Numbered from the stretch's first letter, positions 8,726-18,847 are shown. The stretch is 47,934 nucleotides of DNA from an uncultured bacterium (GCA_964613215.1 CAZTHK010000026.1:1-47934), one strand, 5' to 3'. The notes: generated from the letters alone by a model not told the origin. Made by a program: numbers and translations.

Positions 8726-10447
8726 CTATATTTTATCCCCCGCCCTATCGGTGAGGTAACGGACAAAACGGTTGTCTTCATCCACCAGAATATTATTAAA
8801 TTTTCCGCCTGTAGTTCCCGCCCAGGTAAATGCCATGACACTGACTTCGTCTCCCCGATGAATATGCCTGCCGGCCGCTCCGGCCACCACAATCTCCCCG
8901 CTTCCCTCTTCACCTTCCCTTACCGTGGTCTCCACCCGGGCACCGTTGGTATTGTCCACAATCAGCACCTTCTCGCCCGGGTTAAGATTACCACACCGCA
9001 TCAGCTCGAGGTCAACGGTGAGGGAATCAAACCCCTCCGGATCCACTCCGGTAATGGTTGCCTTGTGAATCTTTGTCTTGATAAGAAGTCTTTCCTGCAT
9101 ATCTGATTTGACTAATCTATAATTACCCGGGGAGTCCTGCGGAATATCATCTACCCTGGCAAAACTGACCCTGAAGTCCTCTCCACAATTTCTTGTTATC
9201 CTGGTTTCTATCAATTCCGAATACTCATCCCTCCATTCATCATCCGTTACCAGTTTTAATATTATACCATTGCTGTCCCGCTGTTCAATCTGAAAATTTT
9301 CTACCCCCGGGATACCGTTGAGGAGACGGGGCCACAGAAAAGAACCTATCTTCCCGCCATCCGGTGTTACCACCCTGTCCAGGGAAGGGCCCTGTATGCT
9401 GTGAAGCAGGGGGAAACCTCTTCCGCAGGAACAGGTTCGTCCGGCGGGTATTGCAAAGTCTCCGGTGCGGTACCGGATAAAGGGCATATAACGGTTGGTC
9501 AGGTCGGTAACTACCAACTCTCCCGCCTCGCCACTACCCGCCGGTCTCCCGTTTTGATGAATTACCTCCACCAGGAATAGGTCGCTGAACAGGTGAAGAC
9601 CTTCATGCTCCTCACATTCCTGGGCCAGATAGGAGAATTCCCTGCAGCCATACCTTTCGTAGGCAGGACATCCAAAGACCCCCTCAATAATATTCCTCTG
9701 ACCGGGATACAGCTTTTCCCCACCGGTGATCACTGATCGGGGATTGCCCACTTCCAGTGAATTTATCCTGATGAAATCAGCAAACATTTCCAGTGCAGAG
9801 GGATAACCAGAAATGTACCCGGGCTTAAGCCTTTTCAAGGCGGAAGCATACTTGCTCATGGAATGTTCAGACATATCCAGCGCAGAGAATGCAAATATGT
9901 TATTCAGATAATTTTTCAGCCACCTGCTGATACGCTCTCCTCCCGGTTCATCCGGAGGCAGCCCCCACAACTTGAACTCTCTATCCCCCAGATCCATACC
10001 AGCCCATCTATCCGCTCTCAGCATGCTGGCCCGCTTCAGGGGGGAGGCACTACTATCATAGTAAAAACGCAATGGTTTCCCGGTGGTTCCGGCAGTCCTG
10101 GAGGGATGACCCCTCCTGAAGGGATCGGTGGAAATCATACTGTTTCCATACCTCCGGATCCTCTCCCTGGTTAAAAACGGAATCTCAGCTAAATCAGAAT
10201 AGCTGTTGATATTCTTCACCCGGATTCCATGTTCCCTGAACAGTTTCCGGTAGTAGGGGACATGCCTGGTCGCTTCTTTCAGCAGCTTCTCCAGCTTTCG
10301 CCATTTTATTTCTTCCAGCCGGGAAGGCTCCAGCCACTGATTGCGCTCCAGAGTGTCCAGATAGCCGAGCAGCTGGTCATTTCTTAATCCCCGGTAAAGG
10401 GGATAGATAACATTTCTTACCAGGGAAGGGTGCAGCGGAGGTAGCAT
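8726..10447 (-). CDS. PaaK/CapK-family adenylate-forming ligase fused to a C-terminal PanD-like (aspartate decarboxylase fold) domain
   Basis: N-terminal ~450 aa carry the phenylacetate-CoA ligase / F390-synthetase family P-loop TAGTTGKP. C-terminal ~120 aa (KIHKATITGVDPEGFDSLTVD ... NGARVETTVREGEEGSGE ... AGAAGRH) align gap-free with PanD, at roughly 50% identity to the neighbouring stand-alone PanD. Single uninterrupted ORF. Confidence 0.75.
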   Translation of the reverse strand: MLPPLHPSLVRNVIYPLYRGLRNDQLLGYLDTLERNQWLEPSRLEEIKWRKLEKLLKEATRHVPYYRKLFREHGIRVKNINSYSDLAEIPFLTRERIRRYGNSMISTDPFRRGHPSRTAGTTGKPLRFYYDSSASPLKRASMLRADRWAGMDLGDREFKLWGLPPDEPGGERISRWLKNYLNNIFAFSALDMSEHSMSKYASALKRLKPGYISGYPSALEMFADFIRINSLEVGNPRSVITGGEKLYPGQRNIIEGVFGCPAYERYGCREFSYLAQECEEHEGLHLFSDLFLVEVIHQNGRPAGSGEAGELVVTDLTNRYMPFIRYRTGDFAIPAGRTCSCGRGFPLLHSIQGPSLDRVVTPDGGKIGSFLWPRLLNGIPGVENFQIEQRDSNGIILKLVTDDEWRDEYSELIETRITRNCGEDFRVSFARVDDIPQDSPGNYRLVKSDMQERLLIKTKIHKATITGVDPEGFDSLTVDLELMRCGNLNPGEKVLIVDNTNGARVETTVREGEEGSGEIVVAGAAGRHIHRGDEVSVMAFTWAGTTGGKFNNILVDEDNRFVRYLTDRAGDKI

Positions 10448-10659
10448 TATTACTGTTGCTCCCTGTTATTTATACAACCAAATCAACTGGCTAAAGCAAC
10501 ATCATATATAAAATTCCTTCCTCTTCCAACTTCAAACCGGGAAGGAACGGCACAAGGTATGATATCATAGAATAGTTCCCCAATGGGATAAAGGATGGAT
10601 AAACCGACCCTCACCACCCACTCATACAATATGCTTTCAAGGCCGGGTTGATAATTACA

Positions 10660-11772
10660 TTATGTGGTCCGAGGGCCTCGCTCACACAATCCCACCACAA
10701 AATCGTGCGATATTTCACCCCTGGACAGCATCTCATCTTCCCGGTCAAAACATCGCTTCAACAGCCTCCCGGTTTCATCACTTCCATCCCTGAAATTATG
10801 GGCAATATCGGCAAACAGCAGCTGAAGAATACTTCCGCCATATCCCCTGAATTCCACCGGCTTGAATAACTCCTGTATCAGGGGAAGAATATCAGAAGAT
10901 CTTACCGCTTCGGTACGGTCATACAGAATCATACTCAGCCGGCCCCGCCGGTGAACCTTCTTCTTGACAGTACCACTCCTCCACCGCCTCCTGTACCGGA
11001 CTGGCAATGTGGACAGCAGATCATTCACCATCTCCAGCTGTTTCCCGGTCCACTGGAACCGGGAAGGGCCCACATACTCATTGAATACGAATTTACCTTC
11101 CGGCTTCAGGGAATTATTTATAAACGCAAATATCTCCTCCAGATGCGAAAAATGATGGAGGGCCTGTTCGGCCAGTATGAAATCGTAACACTCACTCCTG
11201 GCTTCTATTCTGTTGACATCACTTATGGTAAAATCAACTATGTCATCCACTCCCTTACGGGCAGCCCACTCCCGGGCATGCTTTATCCGGGCTGCAGAAA
11301 AATCTATTCCCTCCACCTGTGAGAATATCCCACTCTCTGCCAACTCTACCTCTCTGTGGCCGGTGCCGCAACCGAGAGTAAGAGCCTTGAGCGATCTTTC
11401 CCCCTTTAGATATTTATCGAAGAAATAGCTCAGATATCCCTTGCCGGGATCTCCGGATATCATCCGGCTCCATCTCTGCATAACCTCCGGTATGTCCCAC
11501 CAGTGTTTGAGAGGATAGTTATATTCTTCCCAATGCGTACCTCCTCCCCTTCTCGGCCCCAGAAACACCTTGGAAAGGATTCTACTCAGATCCCCCTGCC
11601 TGATCTTCTCCATCAGAAAACTTAAATCATGGATATTCAAAAGATTGCCGAGCAAGGGACCATCCCCCTCATTTTCCCGGACAAACCGGTATGAGACCGG
11701 GATATCATTCTTCTCCATTTCACTCCGGCTGGAAACATCATCAGCCTGGTGCGTTTTAATGTTGCTATCCAT
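10660..11772 (-). CDS. Class I SAM-dependent methyltransferase with C-terminal extension
   Basis: Motif I LTLGCGTGHREVELAES, then acidic motif II and motif III (Methyltransf_11/25-like). About 100 extra C-terminal residues. 212-bp gap to the downstream ligase gene. Confidence 0.75.
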   Translation of the reverse strand: MDSNIKTHQADDVSSRSEMEKNDIPVSYRFVRENEGDGPLLGNLLNIHDLSFLMEKIRQGDLSRILSKVFLGPRRGGGTHWEEYNYPLKHWWDIPEVMQRWSRMISGDPGKGYLSYFFDKYLKGERSLKALTLGCGTGHREVELAESGIFSQVEGIDFSAARIKHAREWAARKGVDDIVDFTISDVNRIEARSECYDFILAEQALHHFSHLEEIFAFINNSLKPEGKFVFNEYVGPSRFQWTGKQLEMVNDLLSTLPVRYRRRWRSGTVKKKVHRRGRLSMILYDRTEAVRSSDILPLIQELFKPVEFRGYGGSILQLLFADIAHNFRDGSDETGRLLKRCFDREDEMLSRGEISHDFVVGLCERGPRTT

Positions 11773-12020
11773 ATCGTATATACCCGGCCTCTAATCAATA
11801 TAAAAACCTGCTGCCGGGAAACCTCTCCTGAAACATTACTGTCGGATTTATCAATTCGTTATTATTATATTATGTGGAAAAAAGGTACATTTAACAACAG
11901 AAAACCGGGTGCCGAAAATTATCTCCGAAGTTCCCGGGATGGGTCAACGGAGAATCAACTTCCCGCACCCGGCAAGCCTTTATCCGGCCTCTGCGAATAC
12001 CTGCAGGCAACTACCTGGCT

Positions 12021-12043
12021 CCGGCTGCAATATTGCAGCCCGG
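12021..12043. promoter_or_regulatory. Perfect 16-bp palindrome GCTGCAATATTGCAGC flanked by CCGG, between the OMP gene stop and the methyltransferase promoter
   Basis: Read directly from the sequence. Candidate operator or bidirectional terminator stem. Confidence 0.3.
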
Positions 12044-12112
12044 CCTGACACTCATGGCCTCAGTCATTACTTCATCCATGGGCAAGCGTCTGGAAATCCG
12101 CCCTGCAAATGA

Positions 12113-12754
12113 TCAGAAAGCGTAACCAATCATCACCATGACAGCCTGATTCTTGACTTCGCTGCCTTCTTCATCCTCCCCTTCCTCATCATAGATTCCG
12201 GAAAGACCGAGCGAATAACGGGCATCCAGTGTAATTGCTCCCCCGTTATCCAGATGATAGTCCAGTCCGCCTCCAACCACCAGTCCGTAATCGGTGGATT
12301 TTACATAATCCTTTATGTCACCTTCATCCGACTCGCCCTCTGCCTCCAGTTCAAGCTTGGCATCCAGATTAAATCCCACATAGGGACCGGCGAACAGGCT
12401 GGGGGAAACGCTCCCCTCCACCGGAATCATCACCTTTGCCAGTACGGGTATATCGATATAGGTCAGCTTCAGGGTAGATTCAATGGTGGTCTCAAATATT
12501 TCGCCCTCGCTCTTGGATCCCTTCATGCAGTAGAGAACCTCCGGATGAATGGCAAATACATCGCTCACCTTATACTCCACGAACAGTCCGCCAGCTCCGC
12601 CCATCTTCCATTCAACATCCTCTACCTCATCACCCGTCACATTTGCCAGGGATAAACCGCCCTTGACACCAAAGCTGGCCTCCTGAGCCATTATGGCAGG
12701 GGATAATGAAAACATCAGAACAAACACTGTAAATATTAAAAGCAGCTTCTTCAA
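12113..12754 (-). CDS. Outer-membrane beta-barrel protein (OmpA-N / OmpW-like porin family)
   Basis: Signal peptide MKKLLLIFTVFVLMFSLSPAIMA, alternating amphipathic beta-strands, C-terminal aromatic residue (GYAF). Confidence 0.7.
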   Translation of the reverse strand: MKKLLLIFTVFVLMFSLSPAIMAQEASFGVKGGLSLANVTGDEVEDVEWKMGGAGGLFVEYKVSDVFAIHPEVLYCMKGSKSEGEIFETTIESTLKLTYIDIPVLAKVMIPVEGSVSPSLFAGPYVGFNLDAKLELEAEGESDEGDIKDYVKSTDYGLVVGGGLDYHLDNGGAITLDARYSLGLSGIYDEEGEDEEGSEVKNQAVMVMIGYAF

Positions 12755-13251
12755 AACATACCTCCTTGGAAAACTCTTATTATTGGTTTCAATGAATAAA
12801 TAGCAGAAAACCAGTAGATCCTTGTATCACCTCCCTTTCTGGAAGAATATCAGCACACCTCATCCAAATCTTCCCCCCCGTTAATGCTCAAAACCACCTG
12901 CTGCTATCCGATACCTGATATATTCGTTTGCAATCCTGAAAACCTTTATCAACTTCTCAGCGGAAAACAATATTTATGCTGATGCCAGAAAACTGCCATA
13001 ATGGTGTTCCGCCTTCGATATAACCTTCACTTCAGTTCTACACCCGGTTTTCCCGCCTTAATCTCAGACCAGTGAAGTTTATCCGGCAATACTAGCAATA
13101 ATTGTGACACAATCAACCATTTATTGTAATGAAAAAATAGCAATTTTGGCATCACCTTTGCTCGATGGATTCATGATACCATTATCAACAGGCAGCACCG
13201 GCGTATTGCCGGAAAAGCATATAAAAATTGTTCTTATAACCGGAGGCCATT

Positions 13252-14400
13252 ATGTCTCAATTTATGGAAGTACTGGAATGGTTTGATGAAACAGGAGAAG
13301 AAATCGTTCACAGGATACCGCCGGAGGGATCGGCGGAAATAAAGATGGGAGCCCAGCTGGTGGTCCGGGACAACCAGAGCGCGGTCTTTTTCAAGGACGG
13401 CAGGGGACTGGATGTATTTGGATCGGGACGGCATACCCTTACCACCAGAAACCTTCCCATGCTTACCAAGGCTCTCTCCCTGCCCTGGGGATTCAAGAGC
13501 CCCTTCAGGGCGGAAGCATACTTCGTTAATATGAAAACATTCCTCAATCAGAAATGGGGAACCAAGGATCCGGTGGCCTTCAAGGACAGCAAACTGGGTC
13601 TGGTAAGACTCCGTGCATTCGGAGTATATACCTTCAAGATAGTCCAGCCGGTGCTGTTTATCAATTCGGTGGTGGGTACCCAGGGGGTCTACCGCAGTGA
13701 AATGATCGACAACTATCTCAGGGATGTTATCGTAGCCAGGATAAATGACCTGTTCGGAGAACAGCTGGATACCATATTCGATCTTCCCCGGTACTATGAT
13801 GAACTGGCGGTGGACATCAAGAACAGACTGGACAGCAATTTCTCCAAGTATGGAATGGAACTGATAGATTTCTTTATCAACTCCATCACCCCTCCCCCGG
13901 AGGTTCAGAAGATGATAGATGAACGCAGCGGTCTTCAGGCGGTGGGAAATCTGGACAGCTTCTTCAAGTTCAAGGCGGCCAAAGCGATGGGAGATGCCGC
14001 TTCCGGTACTGGCGGGGGAGCCGCCGGCGGGGCGGCTGCAGGGGGAATGGGTGTAGGAGTAGGAGCCGGCCTGGGAATGATGATACCGGGTATGCTGGCC
14101 AGGAATGTTCAGGGAAACTCCTCATCCACCGGAACGGCTGATATGCTCCAGTGCCACCGGTGTCACAACGAAGTATCCGCCGATTCCAGATTCTGTCCCA
14201 GATGCGGAGCACAGCTGGTAATCATGAACAGATGCCCGGAGTGCCAGACAGAATTGCCGGCGGAGGCGAAGTTCTGCTCCAGCTGCGGAAAGCATCTTAC
14301 CGATTCCACCATCTGTCCCCACTGCGGCGCCAAGCTTCCTCCGGGAACAAAATTCTGTACCGACTGCGGAGAGAAGACAGAGGGGAAAGATGAAAGTTAG
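13252..14400 (+). CDS. SPFH/band-7 family protein (YdjI / virion-core-protein type) with Gly-rich linker and three C-terminal zinc-ribbon motifs
   Basis: N-terminal Band_7_1-like domain, GGGAAGGAAAGG linker, [19 protein letters not shown] / [19 protein letters not shown] / [27 protein letters not shown]. Confidence 0.8.
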   Translation: MSQFMEVLEWFDETGEEIVHRIPPEGSAEIKMGAQLVVRDNQSAVFFKDGRGLDVFGSGRHTLTTRNLPMLTKALSLPWGFKSPFRAEAYFVNMKTFLNQKWGTKDPVAFKDSKLGLVRLRAFGVYTFKIVQPVLFINSVVGTQGVYRSEMIDNYLRDVIVARINDLFGEQLDTIFDLPRYYDELAVDIKNRLDSNFSKYGMELIDFFINSITPPPEVQKMIDERSGLQAVGNLDSFFKFKAAKAMGDAASGTGGGAAGGAAAGGMGVGVGAGLGMMIPGMLARNVQGNSSSTGTADMLQCHRCHNEVSADSRFCPRCGAQLVIMNRCPECQTELPAEAKFCSSCGKHLTDSTICPHCGAKLPPGTKFCTDCGEKTEGKDES

Positions 14401-15085
14401 ATGCAACCTTTGCGGAGCTCCCAACACAATTCACCCCGGACAGAAGATGCTGTTCTGCGAATTCTGTGGTTCCGCCGTCGCAATTTCTGATCTCCGAGGT
14501 CCTGAGCATCTTATCCTGCCGCATCAGAGGAACGATCAGATGGCCCGGGAGATGTTAATATCTCATCTTAAATCCAGACGCCGGAAACCGCCCTCCCGGA
14601 TCGAGGCAGATTTCTCTTACCTGCCCTTTTACATGGAGGAGGGAGATGGAACGATCAATCCCCTGGCGGCTGCCAATCCGGGGATGGAAATAATCCCCCC
14701 TTATCCCCCTGCCGGAGATTACAGATTCTTTGAACCTTCCATGGCGGATGAGCAGGAAATCCTGCCCGCCCAAGGGAACAAACCTGAGGCAAGATACCTG
14801 CTTCATCTACCCGTCTATACCCTGAAATATTCAGTTTCCGGGGTAGAACAAACAGCGACGGTAGTGGGTGAAAGCTGGCAGGTGCTGATGGACGAGCTGC
14901 CCCCCCGGAAGGATTTATCGGTAAACAGGATAAACTTTCTGGCAGCAGCTGCGCTTTTCATCCTGTTTCTGTTTGCGGGAAAAATCTCACCAAACATTAC
15001 CGGCCGTACCGCTATCATTGGAACAGCTTCACTAACCGTATTCCTCCTTTATAAAATGCGGGAAAGGCTGGTGAAGAAGGTATGA
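14390..15085 (+). CDS. Zinc-ribbon membrane protein, paralog 1 of 3
   Basis: CNLCGA ... CEFCGS zinc ribbon, SYLPFYMEE motif, C-terminal TM helix. 11-nt overlap with the upstream gene. Confidence 0.55.
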   Translation: MKVRCNLCGAPNTIHPGQKMLFCEFCGSAVAISDLRGPEHLILPHQRNDQMAREMLISHLKSRRRKPPSRIEADFSYLPFYMEEGDGTINPLAAANPGMEIIPPYPPAGDYRFFEPSMADEQEILPAQGNKPEARYLLHLPVYTLKYSVSGVEQTATVVGESWQVLMDELPPRKDLSVNRINFLAAAALFILFLFAGKISPNITGRTAIIGTASLTVFLLYKMRERLVKKV

Positions 15086-16293
15086 GCGCCCCCGGCAAAA
15101 ATCAGCACAATCCCGGAGCAGGAAACCCTCCAGCCGTACAGCAGAGTGGCATGCCGGGGATGGAGGGACCACCGGCCACTTATTCCGGCAGCCATACCGG
15201 CGAAAAAATTATGAATTCATCACCACATTCCCGGGTCAGCCAGTCCGGGAGGCCAGGTTACGGAGAAACAGATTCTGGGGTCCCGGATGAAGAAGACCGG
15301 GGAAAACCGTCAGGGCGGGAAGCCGGGGAAAGTTTTGGTATATCCTGTCCTCTCTGTGGAGGTTCCCTGAGGGCTCATCAGGGTGAGAAGAGTATCACCT
15401 GCGGCTACTGCGATTCCTCCCTCTACATCCAGAATCCCCCCGGAGTTAAAAGCTTTATGACCGAACCGGCGATCTCCCCGGGAAGAGCGAAACTCAACAC
15501 TCTTCACTATCTCCGGGACAACACCTCCGGGCGGGTGAAGGCCCGGCACACCTCCATCATGGAGGTACAGCTGCTTCACGTTCCCTTCTGGAGGATCACA
15601 GGAAGACTGGTAGGGTGGGTATGCGGAGACAGAGTCAAGATGATAGAAAGAGAAATTCCCACCTCCAACCCTCACTCCGCCAGTACCATCAAGAAGGTTA
15701 CCGAGGAGAGGAAACCGTATTCCAGGCTGGTTCATAAAAATATCCACTGGAGTACTCCTGCCTGTACCCTGCCCTACCTGGGCCTTCAGGGAATCTCCAT
15801 GAAGACAAAATTCCTGGAATGGGAGATCTTCTCTCACCGGTTCAAAAAGAATCATACCTTCGCCCTTCCCATGAAGAGTGCCTCCCACGCCATTTCCAGA
15901 GCCTCCAGATACTTTTCTCATCTGGCCACCCCACCAAAAGCCACCGTGCATGCCAGAAGATTCCATCTGTTCAACAGCGAGATGGCCCTTTACTACTATC
16001 CGGTTTACTTCATCCGTTACCGGCACGGCAGGAGGGTCTACTCAGTTACCCTGGATGGCCGGGATGGATATGTTATCCGGGGTGATTACCCGGTCAGAAA
16101 GAGTATTAACTCCAGAAACATATTCTTCCTCCCGGCACTGGCGGCATGGATGGCCTGCACCTGGTTCCCCCTGATAATAATTTCGCTGGTTTCCCTGTAC
16201 ATATATGACCTGATCCGGGGAGAGGGATCACCCCTGCCCCATAACTGGTTAATGGGATGGTTGAGAGGATGGTTGGGGGGTGAATGGAAATGA
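15082..16293 (+). CDS. Zinc-ribbon membrane protein, paralog 2 of 3
   Basis: CPLCGG ... CGYCDS ribbon, LHVPFWRITG motif, C-terminal TM helices. ATGA overlap with the upstream gene. The N-terminal 80 aa are low-complexity and Pro/Gly-rich. Confidence 0.55.
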   Translation: MSAPGKNQHNPGAGNPPAVQQSGMPGMEGPPATYSGSHTGEKIMNSSPHSRVSQSGRPGYGETDSGVPDEEDRGKPSGREAGESFGISCPLCGGSLRAHQGEKSITCGYCDSSLYIQNPPGVKSFMTEPAISPGRAKLNTLHYLRDNTSGRVKARHTSIMEVQLLHVPFWRITGRLVGWVCGDRVKMIEREIPTSNPHSASTIKKVTEERKPYSRLVHKNIHWSTPACTLPYLGLQGISMKTKFLEWEIFSHRFKKNHTFALPMKSASHAISRASRYFSHLATPPKATVHARRFHLFNSEMALYYYPVYFIRYRHGRRVYSVTLDGRDGYVIRGDYPVRKSINSRNIFFLPALAAWMACTWFPLIIISLVSLYIYDLIRGEGSPLPHNWLMGWLRGWLGGEWK

Positions 16294-17132
16294 ATGAGGG
16301 TTTTGTAATAAAACCGTTGATCTGCGACTACTGCGGTTCTCAACTGCCGGTTATGGATGAACTGGCAATCTTCAGGTGCCCGGTCTGCTATCAGCAGTGG
16401 CTTCTGAGCGGGGAGGAATTAAAACCAATCCGGACCTGCCGGGTACCGGAGGATACCGGAAATAAAAACAGCCTGCTTTATCTCCCCTTCTGGGTGATCG
16501 AGATCGACAGGGATGACCTGGCGAAAAAGATAAAAGAGTGTACCTCTGCAAACCAACAGATCAAACGGACCATTGCCTCCACAGAGCTTTCCGGGGATGG
16601 CCTGGATACGGACGGCATTACCGGTCTTCCCGGTCAGACAAGCCCGGCGGCGGAGAGGGTGAAATTTATCAGCAATGCCGCCGGTGCGGTCAGGACTCCC
16701 CATCCCCATCAGATCAGGAAGATAATTAATAATATAGCTTCCCGGGAGAGCTTCAATATCTACGTGCCAGCCTTCCATTCCAGAAACACCTACACCTACA
16801 TCAAGGTGGGCAGGCTGATGACCAGCCGGCAGCCTTACTACCAGGTAACCGGCGCTTTTCCCCCCACCAGCCGTACCCTCTGTGTTCTTCAGCCTGAGGA
16901 ATCAATCCCCCTGCTCGATTTCATCTTCATATCCACACTCCCGGAGGAGGTTCAGGCGTGCGGGGATTTTATCAGCGGGATAAAGGTTAAACCAACCTCT
17001 CCCCCCAGACTGGTGGAATTCCCCTATCTGGAGAAGGGCGCCTATCTGAAGAGTATAATCGGCAATTTCCAGATATCCAACCGGCTGGTAGAAAACCGGC
17101 CTGCAACTGCTGGATCCGGACCCGGATTATAA
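16284..17132 (+). CDS. Zinc-ribbon protein, paralog 3 of 3
   Basis: CDYCGS ... CPVCYQ ribbon, LYLPFWVIE motif. 10-nt overlap with the upstream gene. Confidence 0.55.
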   Translation: MEMNEGFVIKPLICDYCGSQLPVMDELAIFRCPVCYQQWLLSGEELKPIRTCRVPEDTGNKNSLLYLPFWVIEIDRDDLAKKIKECTSANQQIKRTIASTELSGDGLDTDGITGLPGQTSPAAERVKFISNAAGAVRTPHPHQIRKIINNIASRESFNIYVPAFHSRNTYTYIKVGRLMTSRQPYYQVTGAFPPTSRTLCVLQPEESIPLLDFIFISTLPEEVQACGDFISGIKVKPTSPPRLVEFPYLEKGAYLKSIIGNFQISNRLVENRPATAGSGPGL

Positions 17133-17440
17133 TTTCCCGCAGTCTAATGGATTTTTCAAGAGCAGCCCCGGATAATCAAACCCTCTCCCTCCGCCCGGGG
17201 AAAACATAAAAAAGCGGCATATTCAAAAATTATTACAGCTTATTGCCGGCAACCAGCCCCCTGATTTATAATGGTAGACTATCCCCCCTGCCCTTATTTA
17301 TAATTAACTCCATGGATATCCTGGAAGGACCGGGCGGGGTGAAGAATAGAACAACAGTTATACCTTGCCCTGAGAGAACACCGCATATTACCATGAATTA
17401 AATGCAGCTTTAACACGATACCACAGCAGGAAGATCCCAT

Positions 17441-18760
17441 ATGAACGATCAATCGGAACTGGAAAAACAGAATCGCGAGCTTGCCATACTCAACACCATA
17501 GCCAGGGAGCTGAACAAATCTTTAAGCCTGGAAGAAACTCTCAATATTGCGCTGGCTCAAACTGCGGAATTACTCAATCTGGAGACAGGGTGGATATATC
17601 TGGTAGACCGGGAGAACCAAAAACCCATTCTGATGGCTACCCAGAATCTTCCGCCCGGCATGAAGGAGCATCCGGAAATTATGACCGGATGGTGCCACTG
17701 TCTCAGAAAATTCATGGATAATGATCTCGGGAATTCCACCAACGTGGACATTGAAAACTGCAGCCGGCTCAGTAAGCTGGATAATGGAAAATCCGGATTA
17801 AAGTATCACGCCAGCATTCCCATAATCAGCCAGCATGGCAAGAAACACGGCGTTCTCAATGTAGCCAGCAAGGATTGGAAGAAGCTTACCCCCCGGCAGC
17901 TGAAGATACTTAATACCATAGGTGATCTTCTGGGAATCGCAGTGGAAAGATCCAGGCTGTTTCAGCAGATTCAGAAAAACAAACAGATCCAGATAGATGC
18001 CATGAAAAAGGAGCTTCAGATCGCCCACGATATGCAGATGGCACTGCTTCCGGGGGAACCGCCTCCCCTGGAGGGTGCCGAACTGGCGGGAACCTGTATA
18101 CCGGCAAAAGAGGTGGGTGGAGATTACTACAGCTACCTCTATCTGGGAGAGGGAGATAATCAACTGGCCATAGTTATAGCGGATGTCTCCGGAAAGGGAA
18201 TGCAGGCTGCAACCATAACCCTTCGCTTCAATGAGATGCTTCGTTACGAAGCCAGGGGATTGACCAATCCCACAGAGATCCTGAAAGGCCTGGACAGTTC
18301 AATCGGCAGGAGCACTCCCCTGGAGATGTTTATCACCGCCGGAATTGCCGTACTGGATACCAACAGCATGAACATCAGCATAGCCAGCGCAGCCAACCCG
18401 GTGATACATCATTACTGCCGCAAGGATGATGAAGTAAGGGCTCTGGAGGTCAATGGCCTGCCCCTGGGACTTCCCGGAGAGGTGGAGGTGGAAGAACCCT
18501 TCCGGGAAATGACCCTGCAGCCGGGAGAGGGGGATATACTGGTTTTTGCCTCTGATGGAGTGGAAGAGGCCCGTAATGCAGGAGGCTCATTTTACGGGGG
18601 GAAACGCCTATCCCGGATTATCCGGCATCATGCCACCGGGGGGGAAAGTTCAGAGCAGATAAGAGATGGAATTGTGAACGATGTCCACAGGTTCATGGAC
18701 ACCGCCTCACAAACCGACGATATCACCGTGGTGGTGCTGAAGGTTCTGGAGAAGGAATAG
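17441..18760 (+). CDS. GAF-domain-containing PP2C-family (SpoIIE/RsbU-like) serine phosphatase
   Basis: N-terminal GAF domain, then the PP2C metal-binding block AKEVGGDYYSY ... IADVSGKGMQAA and a C-terminal DDIT motif. Confidence 0.8.
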   Translation: MNDQSELEKQNRELAILNTIARELNKSLSLEETLNIALAQTAELLNLETGWIYLVDRENQKPILMATQNLPPGMKEHPEIMTGWCHCLRKFMDNDLGNSTNVDIENCSRLSKLDNGKSGLKYHASIPIISQHGKKHGVLNVASKDWKKLTPRQLKILNTIGDLLGIAVERSRLFQQIQKNKQIQIDAMKKELQIAHDMQMALLPGEPPPLEGAELAGTCIPAKEVGGDYYSYLYLGEGDNQLAIVIADVSGKGMQAATITLRFNEMLRYEARGLTNPTEILKGLDSSIGRSTPLEMFITAGIAVLDTNSMNISIASAANPVIHHYCRKDDEVRALEVNGLPLGLPGEVEVEEPFREMTLQPGEGDILVFASDGVEEARNAGGSFYGGKRLSRIIRHHATGGESSEQIRDGIVNDVHRFMDTASQTDDITVVVLKVLEKE

Positions 18761-18847
18761 AACAGGAAATATAAATTCTGGCGGTAGCGGCTCCGGAACA
18801 AGGGGGCGCTTGCTTCAACTGTATTTTTGAAGAGAGGGGGACTATCC

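Noticed and set aside
8239-10447. Clean subunit-complementary loss of ADC catalytic residues between the two PanD-like copies
   Set aside because: By my recollection of ADC structures, Lys9/His11/Ser25/Asn72 come from one subunit and Arg54/Thr57/Tyr58 from its neighbour. The observed losses (K9, H11 in one copy; G24, Y58, N72 in the other) do not partition cleanly by subunit. I therefore report only that both copies are non-canonical, not a specific complementation model.
18780-18791. ops-like element GGCGGTAGCGGC (10/12 match to the RfaH-recruiting GGCGGTAGCGTG) upstream of mscS
   Set aside because: It is not in the long leader of the polysaccharide locus. The two mismatches fall in the conserved 3-prime TG. 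It sits immediately upstream of an unrelated gene. Most likely a chance occurrence.
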